A stretch of 64,000 nucleotides of DNA, from positions 25,587 through 89,586 of the forward strand of contig JAUXSB010000008.1 of the NCBI GenBank assembly GCA_030681595.1. The letters run 5' to 3'. The DNA is from Candidatus Omnitrophota bacterium. GTDB taxonomy: Bacteria > Omnitrophota > Gorgyraeia > Ghiorseimicrobiales > Ghiorseimicrobiaceae. How positions within the stretch are numbered: position 1 is the first letter of the stretch; each line of letters begins with the position of its first letter. Below are positions 8,624-17,696 of the stretch, piece by piece. A program made the position numbers and the translations under genes. Under the pieces are notes generated by a model that was not told the DNA's origin, searched no databases, and saw nothing but the letters and a program-made list of their open reading frames with translations.

Positions 8624-9229
8624 ATGGCGAGTACTTTTCCTTTATCTTTTCAGGTGTTGATTGATAAACTGGTAAAATTTCCCGGCATAGGCAGGCGAAG
8701 TGCAGAGAGAATAGTGCATTTTATCCTGAATAAACTTTCTTTAGAAGAGATAAAATCTTTATCGGAGGCGATGGTTAAGCTTAAGGAAAGCATAAGGTTT
8801 TGTTCTGTCTGCCACAATATAAGCGAAGATGAGCTTTGTAATGTTTGTAAAGATACACAACGCGACAAAGGCATAGTTTGTATTGTTGAAGAGCCTAAAG
8901 ACGTTATCGCGATTGAAAAGACCGGCATCTTCAGGGGCGTCTATCATGTTTTAATGGGTTCGCTTTCTCCGCTTGATGGAAGAGGGCCGGAAGATCTAAG
9001 CATAAATGAACTTATCAGCCGCCTGAATAAAAATAGCATCAGCGAAATAATTATTGCCACAGATTCAGATACCGAAGGAGAGACTACGGCTTTATATCTT
9101 GCTCAGCTGCTTAAGCCCAAAGGTATAAAAGTAACGAGAATCGGTATGGGTATTCCTCTGGGTAGTAATATTGACTATTTGGATAACGGCACAATTATAA
9201 AGGCATTGGAGGCAAGGCGAGCGATATAG
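8624..9229 (+). CDS. recR: recombination protein RecR
   Basis: HhH motif 'FPGIGRRSAERI', Cys4 Zn finger 'CSVCHN...CNVC' and a Toprim C-terminal domain. Confidence 0.9.
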   Translation: MASTFPLSFQVLIDKLVKFPGIGRRSAERIVHFILNKLSLEEIKSLSEAMVKLKESIRFCSVCHNISEDELCNVCKDTQRDKGIVCIVEEPKDVIAIEKTGIFRGVYHVLMGSLSPLDGRGPEDLSINELISRLNKNSISEIIIATDSDTEGETTALYLAQLLKPKGIKVTRIGMGIPLGSNIDYLDNGTIIKALEARRAI

Positions 9230-9249
9230 TTTTTTAACGGCGTGTAGAT

Positions 9250-9291
9250 AAAATGAGGCCCGGCTTTTGAATTACGCCGGGCCTCATTTTT
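9250..9291. terminator. bidirectional rho-independent terminator between recR(+) and csp(-)
   Basis: Hairpin aaaatgaggcccggc...gccgggcctcatttttt with A-tract and T-tract flanks. Confidence 0.6.
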
Positions 9292-9299
9292 TGCTTAGG

Positions 9300-9500
9300 T
9301 TATAACTTGACTACTTTTACAGCTTGGTCGCCTTTTTGGCCTTTTTCAATTTCGAATTCAACTTCCTGGCCTTCTTCTAATGTTTTGTAACCTTCTCCTT
9401 GGATTGTGCTATGGTGGACAAATACATCAGTGCCTGACTCAGTAGTGATAAATCCGTAACCTTTTTGGTTCGAGAACCATTTAACTTTGCCTTTCGCCAT
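9300..9500 (-). CDS. cold-shock protein (CspA family)
   Basis: RNP motifs 'KGYGFI' and 'VFVHHS' within [21 protein letters not shown]... Confidence 0.9.
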   Translation of the reverse strand: MAKGKVKWFSNQKGYGFITTESGTDVFVHHSTIQGEGYKTLEEGQEVEFEIEKGQKGDQAVKVVKL

Positions 9501-9673
9501 TACTTACTACCCCCCTTTCTCTAATAAACAGAATTAGATAGTAAATAATGGCAGAAAAAAACCACAGGATGAGTATTGTCGCTCCTGTGGCATCTTGTTT
9601 CTTGACCTTTATTTACTTCTAAATTCATAACTAAGTAAAATATATACCAAGACTAATAATATGTCAAGGGAAA

Positions 9674-10453
9674 TTATTTAAGAATTTTAAGCATTTTATT
9701 ATGAATTTTGCCGTTAGAGGCGGCAATAAAAGATTTTTCCATTTTTACTTTTTTCCCGTATCTGTCGGTCACTTTTCCGCCTGCCTCATTAACGATTAGA
9801 ATTCCTGCGGCAAAGTCCCAAGGGCTGAGTTTAAATTCCCAGAATCCGCAGGCGCGGCCCGCGGCAACGTAGCAAAGGTCTAGGGCAGCCGAGCCTAGGC
9901 GCCTTATGCCAATGATGCGGCGGATAAGGAATTGCCTGATTTTTTTTAAGTTTTCATCCATTTCTTTGCCGCGGTCATAATAGAAACCTGTGATGAAAAG
10001 TGATTGTTTCAAGTCGGATATCCTTGAGACGTGTATCTTTTTTCCGTTTAAATAGGCGCCTTTACCCTTTTCGGCATAAAAAAGTTCGTCGCGCGTTACG
10101 TCATATATGGCACCTACGATCGGTTCATTATTTTTTAGAATGGCTATTGAGGAGCAGAAAATAGGTAGCCCGGAATAAAAATTATTCGTTCCGTCTAAAG
10201 GGTCAATAACCCACATATATTCCGAGGCAGTTTTTTTATACTTGTTTTCTTCGGCCAGAAAGTTATGATCAGGAAAATATTTTTTAATAACGGATACGGC
10301 GGTTTTTTCCGCCTCAATGTCTGCGGCAGTCACCAAGTCAAATGAGCTGGATTTGGTTTTGACTTTAAATTTGGTATTGAAGTATTTTTTATGGATTTTT
10401 CCCGCTTCTTTCGCCGCTAAAATTGCGATCTTTAAAAAGTCCACTTTATTCAT
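9674..10453 (-). CDS. inositol monophosphatase family protein (SuhB/IMPase-like)
   Basis: Contains the IMPase motif 'WVIDPLDGTNNF'. Confidence 0.8.
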   Translation of the reverse strand: MNKVDFLKIAILAAKEAGKIHKKYFNTKFKVKTKSSSFDLVTAADIEAEKTAVSVIKKYFPDHNFLAEENKYKKTASEYMWVIDPLDGTNNFYSGLPIFCSSIAILKNNEPIVGAIYDVTRDELFYAEKGKGAYLNGKKIHVSRISDLKQSLFITGFYYDRGKEMDENLKKIRQFLIRRIIGIRRLGSAALDLCYVAAGRACGFWEFKLSPWDFAAGILIVNEAGGKVTDRYGKKVKMEKSFIAASNGKIHNKMLKILK

Positions 10454-10615
10454 AATGGCTTAATTATAGCATAAAATTAGTTGGCAGGGCATCAAAAAGC
10501 ACATTGTAAATTTGATTGACGATAGGTTAGGGTTATGATATATTTAAAGGGCTGTATATAGCATATCTTGATGTAGAATGTCTCGCCGTTTTTGAAATTA
10601 TTACAGGAGAAGCCA

Positions 10616-11908
10616 ATGATTGAGCGCTATAGCCTGCCTAAAATGGCATATGTATGGTCTGAAGAGAGTAAGTTTTCTAAACTCCTTGATGTTGAAATAG
10701 TTGCGTTAGAAGCTCAGGTAAAGTTAGGTAATGTCCCCCCAAAATCCCTGATTAATATTAAGAATAAGGCTAAGTTTAACCTCGCCAGCATAAAAAAAAT
10801 AGAAGAAAAAACCCAGCATGATGTTGTGGCTTTTATCACCGAGATTTCTAGGTTTATAGGAAAAGATGCGCAGTATTTCCATTTGGGGCTTACTTCTTCG
10901 GATGTCTTGGACACGGCGCTTGCCCTTCAATGTAGGGAGGCCATAGATATAATCCTTTGCGATATTAAAAAGCTTGCGACAGCGGTCCGTAGCAAGGCTA
11001 AAAAATACAAAAATACGGTTTGTATCGGCAGGACGCACGGCGTGCATGCCGAGCCCACTACTTTTGGGCTAAAACTTGCTTCTTGGTATGCGGAAATTTT
11101 GCGCCTTCAAGATTTAATTGAACAGGCAAAAGAATATATAAGTTTTGCCAAATTTTCCGGCCCAGTGGGGACATATTCTAATATTGACCCCCGTATCGAA
11201 CAATATGCGGCCAAAAAGCTTGGTTTAAAAGTAGAGCCGGTTTCTACCCAGATTATCCCCCGTGACCGCCATGCTGTGTATATGGCGCGCCTAGCTATTG
11301 TGGCTTCTAGCCTTGAGAGATTTGCTTTGGAGGTTCGCCATTTACAAAAGACAGAAGTTTTAGAGGTGGAAGAGCCGTTTGGGAAGGGCCAAAAGGGTTC
11401 ATCGGCTATGCCACATAAGCGTAACCCGGTAATCTGTGAGCGGATTTGCGGTTTAGCGCGCCTTTTACGCTCCAACGCGCAGGCGGCGTTGGAAAATGTG
11501 GCGGTATGGCATGAACGCGATATCAGCCATTCTTCGGTTGAACGTATAATTCTGCCGGATTCGACAATCCTGCTTGATTATATGCTTAATAAAATGACCA
11601 GTGTTGTTGAGGGGCTGGTAGTTTATCCGGAGAATATGCTTAAAAATTTGGTAAAAACCGGAGGTTTGATATTTTCTCAAGCCGTGCTTACAAAATTAAT
11701 GGAAAAGGGCTTGGAACGGATGGCTGCCTACGAGATAGTGCAGAGGAATGCCTTAAAGACTTGGAATGAAGGTTCAAATTTTCAGTCTAACCTTGCTCAA
11801 GATTCCGCATTAAGAAACGTCCTCGGGGATAATGAGTTAAAAAATTGTTTTAATCTGGATTATTACCTGCGTAATATCAATACCATTTTTAAGCGGATAG
11901 GGATTTAG
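10616..11908 (+). CDS. purB: adenylosuccinate lyase
   Basis: Start MIERYSL is preceded by AGGAGA. Fumarate-lyase signature 'GSSAMPHKRNP' is present. Confidence 0.9.
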   Translation: MIERYSLPKMAYVWSEESKFSKLLDVEIVALEAQVKLGNVPPKSLINIKNKAKFNLASIKKIEEKTQHDVVAFITEISRFIGKDAQYFHLGLTSSDVLDTALALQCREAIDIILCDIKKLATAVRSKAKKYKNTVCIGRTHGVHAEPTTFGLKLASWYAEILRLQDLIEQAKEYISFAKFSGPVGTYSNIDPRIEQYAAKKLGLKVEPVSTQIIPRDRHAVYMARLAIVASSLERFALEVRHLQKTEVLEVEEPFGKGQKGSSAMPHKRNPVICERICGLARLLRSNAQAALENVAVWHERDISHSSVERIILPDSTILLDYMLNKMTSVVEGLVVYPENMLKNLVKTGGLIFSQAVLTKLMEKGLERMAAYEIVQRNALKTWNEGSNFQSNLAQDSALRNVLGDNELKNCFNLDYYLRNINTIFKRIGI

Positions 11909-11912
11909 CGGG

Positions 11913-12098
11913 ATGCTATTAATTCTATTCTGTACGACCGTTGGGTTCTTGGCTGGGCTTTTTTATGTTATGTATAAGCGTAGGATTAAGCTAAATGCCG
12001 TTCTTTCAACCGTTTTTTTAGGGCTGTTATCCGGGGCGATTCTAAAGATATTTAAAGATAGCTATCAGTCAAAATACAAGAAACGCTATTTTAAATGA
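11913..12098 (+). CDS. small membrane protein (2 predicted TM helices), possible partner of downstream SPFH protein
   Basis: Hydrophobic 61-aa ORF begins 4 nt after the purB stop. Confidence 0.35.
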   Translation: MLLILFCTTVGFLAGLFYVMYKRRIKLNAVLSTVFLGLLSGAILKIFKDSYQSKYKKRYFK

Positions 12099-12129
12099 GG
12101 AGAGTTTATTTGTCCTTTGGAGGTGCGTT

Positions 12130-13029
12130 ATGGGTTTATTAGTAATTCTTGCTTTGGGTTTTATTATCGGCGTTGTATTTGTAAACACGGCTAAAACCGG
12201 TTCAATAAAGCCGATAGTAGTTACTACATTTATTGGTTTATTTATCGGGATTATTCTTGCTTCAGTAAGGGTTGTCCCTGCCGGTTATGTAGGAGTAGTA
12301 GATTTCTTTGGCCACGTATCAGAGCGTCACTTAAATAGCGGGATTAGTTTTATTAATCCCTTGGCAAAGGTAATTAACCTTTCAGTGCGCACGCAAGAAG
12401 ATAAAGAAACGATGAATGTACCTTCTAAGGAAGGGATGAATGTTGCTTTGGATGTTTCAATCCTCTATAGGCTTGAACCGGCTAAAGCGGTGGATGTTTA
12501 TAAAACCATAGGCCCGTATTATCAGGATGTAATTTTAGTCCCTCAATACCGGGCAGCGGCCAGAGGGGTCACGGTCGCGCATGAATCAAAGGCGTTATAT
12601 ACTTCTGAGCGTGAAATGCTCGCCCAAGCCATACTCGATTCCTTAAGAAACCTTATCGGTGATAGGGGTGTTATTATTGAAAGGGTTTTACTTAGGGCGA
12701 TAACGCTTCCGGTGATAGTAAGCGGAGCAATAGAACAAAAGCTGAAAGCTGAGCAGGAAGCCGAAAGAATGAAATTTATTTTACAGCGTGAAACGCAGGA
12801 AGCCGAAAGGAAACGCGTTGAGGCGGCAGGTATCCGTGACGCGCAGACGATAATTAACCAGAGTTTAACTGCGCAGTATTTACATTATCTTTGGATAAGT
12901 ACGCTCAATCAGAACCCGAATGTAATTTATGTGGCAACCGAGGCAAATATGCCTCTTGTTAGGGCGATAAATCCGGATGAAGAAAATTTGCGCAAGAAAC
13001 CTCTTACGTTAAGAGAACAGAAAGAATAA
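12130..13029 (+). CDS. SPFH/band-7 (prohibitin/stomatin-like) membrane protein
   Basis: An N-terminal TM segment is followed by an SPFH-like domain and an Ala/Glu-rich coiled coil (KLKAEQEAERMKF...). Confidence 0.7.
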   Translation: MGLLVILALGFIIGVVFVNTAKTGSIKPIVVTTFIGLFIGIILASVRVVPAGYVGVVDFFGHVSERHLNSGISFINPLAKVINLSVRTQEDKETMNVPSKEGMNVALDVSILYRLEPAKAVDVYKTIGPYYQDVILVPQYRAAARGVTVAHESKALYTSEREMLAQAILDSLRNLIGDRGVIIERVLLRAITLPVIVSGAIEQKLKAEQEAERMKFILQRETQEAERKRVEAAGIRDAQTIINQSLTAQYLHYLWISTLNQNPNVIYVATEANMPLVRAINPDEENLRKKPLTLREQKE

Positions 13030-13056
13030 AATAACCGCTTTTAAAACCATCATTAA

Positions 13057-13203
13057 CCCCGTTAGAGATAACAGCTATTACTAATAAGCAGGGCTTGGTA
13101 AATTACGGAAGCATAAATTTTATCAGTGAGATTTGTAAAGAACAGACGCCCCGAAGCTTCGGGGCTATCCCCGCCAGACAGAAGTCGGGCTGGTCTAACG
13201 GGG
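13057..13203. repeat. MITE-like element, family A (termini ccccgttagag... / ...tctaacgggg), copy 1
   Basis: Termini are inverted repeats. Internal hairpin cgccccgaagcttcggggc is present. Core ccccgccagacagaagtcgggctgg sits at 13168-13193. Related copies lie at 37134 and 51415. Confidence 0.55.
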
Positions 13204-13221
13204 TAAATCCTGCCTAAAATT

Positions 13222-16200
13222 ATGTTTTGGCATATTGAAGTAAAAGAAAAACGCGGCATCTTTGATGCAGTCGGCGAAGGTGTCAAAAAAGATATCTTTG
13301 ACTTAGGAATCAAATCCGTCCGTAAAGTTAGCTTTATCCAAGTTTATTCTATTGAAGGCGATTTAGCTCAAGCGGAAATCAGACGGATCTGCGAAGAATT
13401 ATTAACCGACAAAATTACCCAGGAATATTTTATTAACCGGCCAACCGGCAGGCCACAAGGCCGTGGTTTGGCCTCCGATGGCCAAAGCCACAAACCGGCC
13501 AACCGGTCAACCGAATTCGTGATTGAAGTCGCTTATAACCCCGGAGTAATGGATCCTGTGGAGGGTTCAGTAAAAAAGGCGATTTTGGATTTGGGAATAA
13601 ACAGAATAAGTAGCCTGCATACGGCGAAGAAGTACGTTATTTACGGCAGGCTTTCCAATGCTCAAATTAAAACTATCCGCGGTAAATTATTAGTAAATAA
13701 AGTAATACAACATGCCGTAACCGGCGCATCTAAAGGAGCTGAGGGAAGTGATTCGGGATATAAATTTCAGTTAGTGAGTGTTGATTTATTAAGCGCATCG
13801 GATAAAAAATTGCAAAAAATCAGCCGGGATGGGCAGTTATTTTTAAATCTTACCGAGATGCGCGCGATAAAAAAATATTTCAGCCGCCTTAAGAGGAACC
13901 CGACAGATGTGGAGCTGGAAACTTTAGCACAGACTTGGTCAGAACATTGCGTGCATAAGACGTTTAGGGGAAAGATAGATTATAAAAGAGTCACCAGTCA
14001 CCCCCGCCAGAACGAAGTCGGGCTGGAGTCATCAGTCACCAGAAGAAAAATTAATAACTTGCTTAAATCCACGATAATGAAGGCAACAAAAGAGCTGAAT
14101 AAGCCGTGGTGCGTTTCGGTGTTTAGTGACAATTCCGGCGTCATTGAATTTGACGAAAATTTTGATGTCTGTTTTAAAGTAGAGACGCATAACCATCCAT
14201 CAGCCCTTGAGCCGTTCGGCGGAGCAAATACCGGAATAGGCGGAGTAATCAGGGATCCGTTAGGCACAGGCTTGGGGGCAAAGCCAATTTTTAATACCGA
14301 TATATTTTGTTTTGGGCCGCCGGATTATCCTGTTTCAAAGCTGCCTAAGGGCAGCCTTCATCCAAAAAGGATTGCAAAGGGTGTAGTCAGCGGCGTGCGT
14401 GATTATGGCAACAAAATGGGCATTCCTACCATAAACGGCGCTGTTTTGTTTAGCGAGGGTTATATAGCAAATCCTTTAGTCTATTGCGGGACCGCCGGCT
14501 TAATCCCGAAGGACAAAGTTTTTAAAAAGGTAAATTCCGGAGATTTGATTGTAGTCATAGGCGGAAGGACCGGCAGGGACGGTATCCATGGCGCAACTTT
14601 TTCTTCCGGCGAGTTAACTCATGAATCCGAAAGCGTTTCCGGAACAGCTGTGCAAATAGGCAATCCGATTACCGAAAAAAAGATGTTGGATACCCTGCTT
14701 AAGGCGCGCGATAAAAATTTATATAATGCGATTACTGACTGCGGCGCGGGGGGGCTTTCCAGCGCGGTAGGAGAGATGGGTAAAGATTTGGGGGCAGTGG
14801 TTTATTTAGATAAAGTACCCCTAAAATATAGCGGCCTTGCTTATGATGAGATATGGATTTCAGAAGCACAGGAAAGGATGGTCCTGGCGGTAGATAAAAA
14901 AAACATAGGCGAATTACTTGATATTTTTGCTTCCGAAAATACAGAAGCAACTGTAATAGGCGAGTTTGGGCAGGATAAAATGCTCAAGCTTTTCTATCAG
15001 GATAATTTAGCCGGGGAATTGGAGATGGGTTTTCTGCATGAAGGGGTTCCTCTTTCTGTCAAGAAAGCCATAAGTGCAAAGCGTAATTTAAAAGAGCCGT
15101 ATTTAGCGGAGAAAAAAGATTTAACAGTAACTTTAAAAAAAGTGCTTTCTGATTACAACGTTGCCAGTAAAGAATGGGTGGTGCGCCAGTATGACCATGA
15201 AGTGCAGGGTTCGTCCGTTTTAAAACCGCTGGTAGGTATAAATAATGATGGCCCGTCGGATGCGGGGGTTGTGCGGCCCGTTTACTCGTCTAAAAAAGGC
15301 TTGGCTGTTTCCTGCGGCATAAACCCGCGCTATGGAGAGATATCTGCCTATTGGATGGCGGCATCCGCTATTGATGAGGCGCTGAGAAATATCGTCTCTG
15401 CCGGAGGCAATTTAGAGCGCACAGCGATTTTAGATAATTTCTGCTGGGGCAATCCGGATAAGCCGAACCGGTTAGGAACGCTCGTTGATGCGGCTTTTGC
15501 CTGCTATGATTTTGCCAAATATTTTGGAGTGCCGTTTATTTCCGGGAAAGACAGCTTATATAACGAATATAACGTAAAAGGAAAAAGTATCGCCATACCG
15601 GGGACGCTTTTGATCTCGGCAATTTCTGTAATGGAGGATGTAACAAAGGCCGTTTCAATGGATATCAAAAAGCCCGGAAATCTGATTTATATCGCAGGAG
15701 AGACCAAAAATGAATTAGGTGGTTCGGTTTATTATAAATTGTATGATTATTTGGGCGCTAATGTGCCGCAGGTGGATAGAAAAAAATCCAAGGGAATTAT
15801 GCAAGCATTGAGCCGTGTAATAGCCGAAGGTTTAGTAAGGTCAGCCCATGATTGTTCGGAGGGCGGATTAGCGGTTAGTTTAGCAGAGATGTGTTTTGCC
15901 GGAGGATTTGGCGCCGAAGTATTTTTGAGCGAAGTGCCGTATCAAGCCGCAAGCTTCAAGCTTCAAGCTTCAAGCTTCAAAGCCTGCAGCCTGCAGCCTG
16001 CAGCTGTTCGCAATGACATAATTTTGTTTTCGGAGTCAAACACGCGGTTTGTGGTAGAGATAGAAAAGAAAAATCAGAAGGTGTTTGAGAAGGCAATGCA
16101 GGATGTACCGTTGGGCCTTATCGGCTGCGTGTCTGGCGGCAAAGTGTTAGATATTTATGGGCTTGACCGCAAAATATGCGTCAGGGCGGATATCAACGAG

Positions 16201-16236
16201 TTGAAAGAGGTATGGCAGGCGCCATTGAGGTGGTAA
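13222..16236 (+). CDS. purL: phosphoribosylformylglycinamidine synthase, PurS-PurS-PurL fusion (tandem PurS domains fused to FGAM synthase II)
   Basis: Residues 1-80 and about 110-180 are each PurS-like. The remainder is PurL (AIR-synthase-related repeats). The gene also carries in-frame repeat insertions (see findings). Confidence 0.85.
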   Translation: MFWHIEVKEKRGIFDAVGEGVKKDIFDLGIKSVRKVSFIQVYSIEGDLAQAEIRRICEELLTDKITQEYFINRPTGRPQGRGLASDGQSHKPANRSTEFVIEVAYNPGVMDPVEGSVKKAILDLGINRISSLHTAKKYVIYGRLSNAQIKTIRGKLLVNKVIQHAVTGASKGAEGSDSGYKFQLVSVDLLSASDKKLQKISRDGQLFLNLTEMRAIKKYFSRLKRNPTDVELETLAQTWSEHCVHKTFRGKIDYKRVTSHPRQNEVGLESSVTRRKINNLLKSTIMKATKELNKPWCVSVFSDNSGVIEFDENFDVCFKVETHNHPSALEPFGGANTGIGGVIRDPLGTGLGAKPIFNTDIFCFGPPDYPVSKLPKGSLHPKRIAKGVVSGVRDYGNKMGIPTINGAVLFSEGYIANPLVYCGTAGLIPKDKVFKKVNSGDLIVVIGGRTGRDGIHGATFSSGELTHESESVSGTAVQIGNPITEKKMLDTLLKARDKNLYNAITDCGAGGLSSAVGEMGKDLGAVVYLDKVPLKYSGLAYDEIWISEAQERMVLAVDKKNIGELLDIFASENTEATVIGEFGQDKMLKLFYQDNLAGELEMGFLHEGVPLSVKKAISAKRNLKEPYLAEKKDLTVTLKKVLSDYNVASKEWVVRQYDHEVQGSSVLKPLVGINNDGPSDAGVVRPVYSSKKGLAVSCGINPRYGEISAYWMAASAIDEALRNIVSAGGNLERTAILDNFCWGNPDKPNRLGTLVDAAFACYDFAKYFGVPFISGKDSLYNEYNVKGKSIAIPGTLLISAISVMEDVTKAVSMDIKKPGNLIYIAGETKNELGGSVYYKLYDYLGANVPQVDRKKSKGIMQALSRVIAEGLVRSAHDCSEGGLAVSLAEMCFAGGFGAEVFLSEVPYQAASFKLQASSFKACSLQPAAVRNDIILFSESNTRFVVEIEKKNQKVFEKAMQDVPLGLIGCVSGGKVLDIYGLDRKICVRADINELKEVWQAPLRW
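13434..13512 (+). repeat. in-frame repeat insertion in purL inter-PurS linker (direct repeats aaccggccaaccgg flanking an inverted repeat gtggtttggcc/ggccaaagccac)
   Basis: Seen directly in the sequence. It encodes the low-complexity peptide NRPTGRPQGRGLASDGQSHKPANRSTEF. Confidence 0.5.
13990..14042 (+). repeat. in-frame insertion in purL: agtcacc heptamer repeats flanking the family-A core cccccgccagaacgaagtcgggctgg
   Basis: The core is near-identical to the intergenic core at 13168-13193, with flanking gtcaccagtcacc / agtcatcagtcaccag. Confidence 0.5.
15950..16003 (+). repeat. in-frame tandem heptamers in purL: (caagctt)x4 then (cctgcag)x3
   Basis: Seen directly; encodes ...ASFKLQASSFKACSLQPAA... 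Confidence 0.6.
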
Positions 16237-16902
16237 ATGGATAAAGAAAAACTAATCAAAAAAGATGACTTTACTTCGGAAGAAACGTGGCGGATTTTCC
16301 GCATCATGGGAGAGTTTGTCGACGGTTTTGAGGTTTTATCCAAGGTGGGTAAGGCTGTTTCTATATTCGGTTCAGCCCGCCTTACTCCTACGGATAAATA
16401 TTATAAGTTAGCCGAAGAAACAGCTTATTTATTGGCTAAGGCCGGTTATGCCGTGATTACCGGCGGCGGGCCGGGGATCATGGAAGCAGGCAATAGCGGT
16501 GCAAAAAGAGCGGGTGGCCATTCTATTGGCTTGAATATCCAGATTCCTACGGAGCAAAAAGCGAATGAATATATCGATACGCTTCTGGACTTTCGTTACT
16601 TCTTTGTACGCAAAGTTATGTTTGTAAAATATGCCAAGGCGTTTGTGATCTTTCCCGGCGGATACGGCACGTTAGATGAATTGTTTGAGTCACTAAATTT
16701 AATCCAGACCCAGCGGATAGATAACTTTCCGGTAGTCTTGGTAGGCAGTGATTACTGGCAGGGGTTGATTAGCTGGATTAAAGATACGGTGTTGGCGCGG
16801 TACTGTATATCGCCTTCGGATTTGAATATTTTTAAAATAGTGGATAAGTCCGAAGACGTAGTTAGGATAATTAAAAAGTTTTACGCAAACAGTAAAAAAT
16901 GA
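16237..16902 (+). CDS. LOG family protein (cytokinin riboside 5'-monophosphate phosphoribohydrolase-like, TIGR00730 type)
   Basis: Carries the LOG motifs 'GGGPGIMEA' and 'PGGYGTLDEL'. Confidence 0.8.
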   Translation: MDKEKLIKKDDFTSEETWRIFRIMGEFVDGFEVLSKVGKAVSIFGSARLTPTDKYYKLAEETAYLLAKAGYAVITGGGPGIMEAGNSGAKRAGGHSIGLNIQIPTEQKANEYIDTLLDFRYFFVRKVMFVKYAKAFVIFPGGYGTLDELFESLNLIQTQRIDNFPVVLVGSDYWQGLISWIKDTVLARYCISPSDLNIFKIVDKSEDVVRIIKKFYANSKK

Positions 16903-17696
16903 CCAAGCCTAAAGCCTTAATTCTGCGTACCGCAGGGACAAATTGCGACAAGGAGACAAAGTTTGCCTTTGAGTTGGCGGGTGCCGCGGCAGAGCTTGTG
17001 CACATAAATGAAATTATAAAAGGCAGCGTTAAATTGTCTGATTATCAGATTTTGGCTCTGCCGGGAGGTTTTTCTTACGGCGATGATGTCGCCGCAGGAA
17101 AAATTTTGGCAAATGAGCTAAGGTTTAAAATGAGGGAAGATTTGAGCGGGTTCATCAAAGAGGGCAAACTTATTATCGGCATCTGTAACGGTTTTCAAAT
17201 TTTAGTCAAGGCAGGAATTTTACCGGGGAACGATGGTTTTGAGCAGGAGGCAAGCCTGATTATTAATGATTCAGGAAAGTTTGAAGACCGCTGGGTGTAT
17301 TTACGGGTTACGGGTTATGGGTTACGGGATACGAACTGCGTATGGACAAAGGACTTAGCGGAGATAGTATACCTTCCGGTGGCGCATGGGGAAGGAAAAT
17401 TTATTACAAAAGATAAGGCGGTTTTAGAAGGGTTGAAAAAGAATGGACAAATTGTTTTTCAGTATTGCGATAGGCAAGGGAGCTTAACCGGATACCCGGA
17501 CAATCCTAATGGTTCAGTGGATAATATTGCGGCAATTTCTGATAAGGCTGGCAGGATTTTTGGGCTTATGCCGCATCCCGAGCGCCACATTCTTGGGACA
17601 CAGCACCCGCGCTGGACGCGCCAAGGTTTAAAAAAATATGGCGATGGATTAGCAATTTTCCGTAACGGAGTAGAATATGCGAAGAAAAATCTCTAA
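16899..17696 (+). CDS. purQ: phosphoribosylformylglycinamidine synthase glutaminase subunit PurQ
   Basis: Class I glutamine amidotransferase with catalytic 'GICNGFQIL' and a His near 'PHPER'. Confidence 0.85.
   Translation: MTKPKALILRTAGTNCDKETKFAFELAGAAAELVHINEIIKGSVKLSDYQILALPGGFSYGDDVAAGKILANELRFKMREDLSGFIKEGKLIIGICNGFQILVKAGILPGNDGFEQEASLIINDSGKFEDRWVYLRVTGYGLRDTNCVWTKDLAEIVYLPVAHGEGKFITKDKAVLEGLKKNGQIVFQYCDRQGSLTGYPDNPNGSVDNIAAISDKAGRIFGLMPHPERHILGTQHPRWTRQGLKKYGDGLAIFRNGVEYAKKNL
17300..17330 (+). repeat. in-frame tandem heptamers in purQ (gggttacgggttatgggttacggg)
   Basis: Seen directly; encodes RVTGYGLRD. Confidence 0.6.

Noticed and set aside
13057-13221. Possible purine or ZTP riboswitch upstream of purL
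   Set aside because: No purine-riboswitch or pfl consensus segments were found. The same sequence class recurs upstream of unrelated genes (por, pth), and its core is inside the purL ORF. A mobile repeat fits better.
15950-16003. CRISPR array or cloning-vector polylinker (HindIII and PstI sites repeated)
   Set aside because: Repeats are contiguous 7-mers with no spacers. The sequence is in-frame inside purL with native sequence on both sides, and similar in-frame 7-mer arrays with other sequences occur in purQ, purM and purD.
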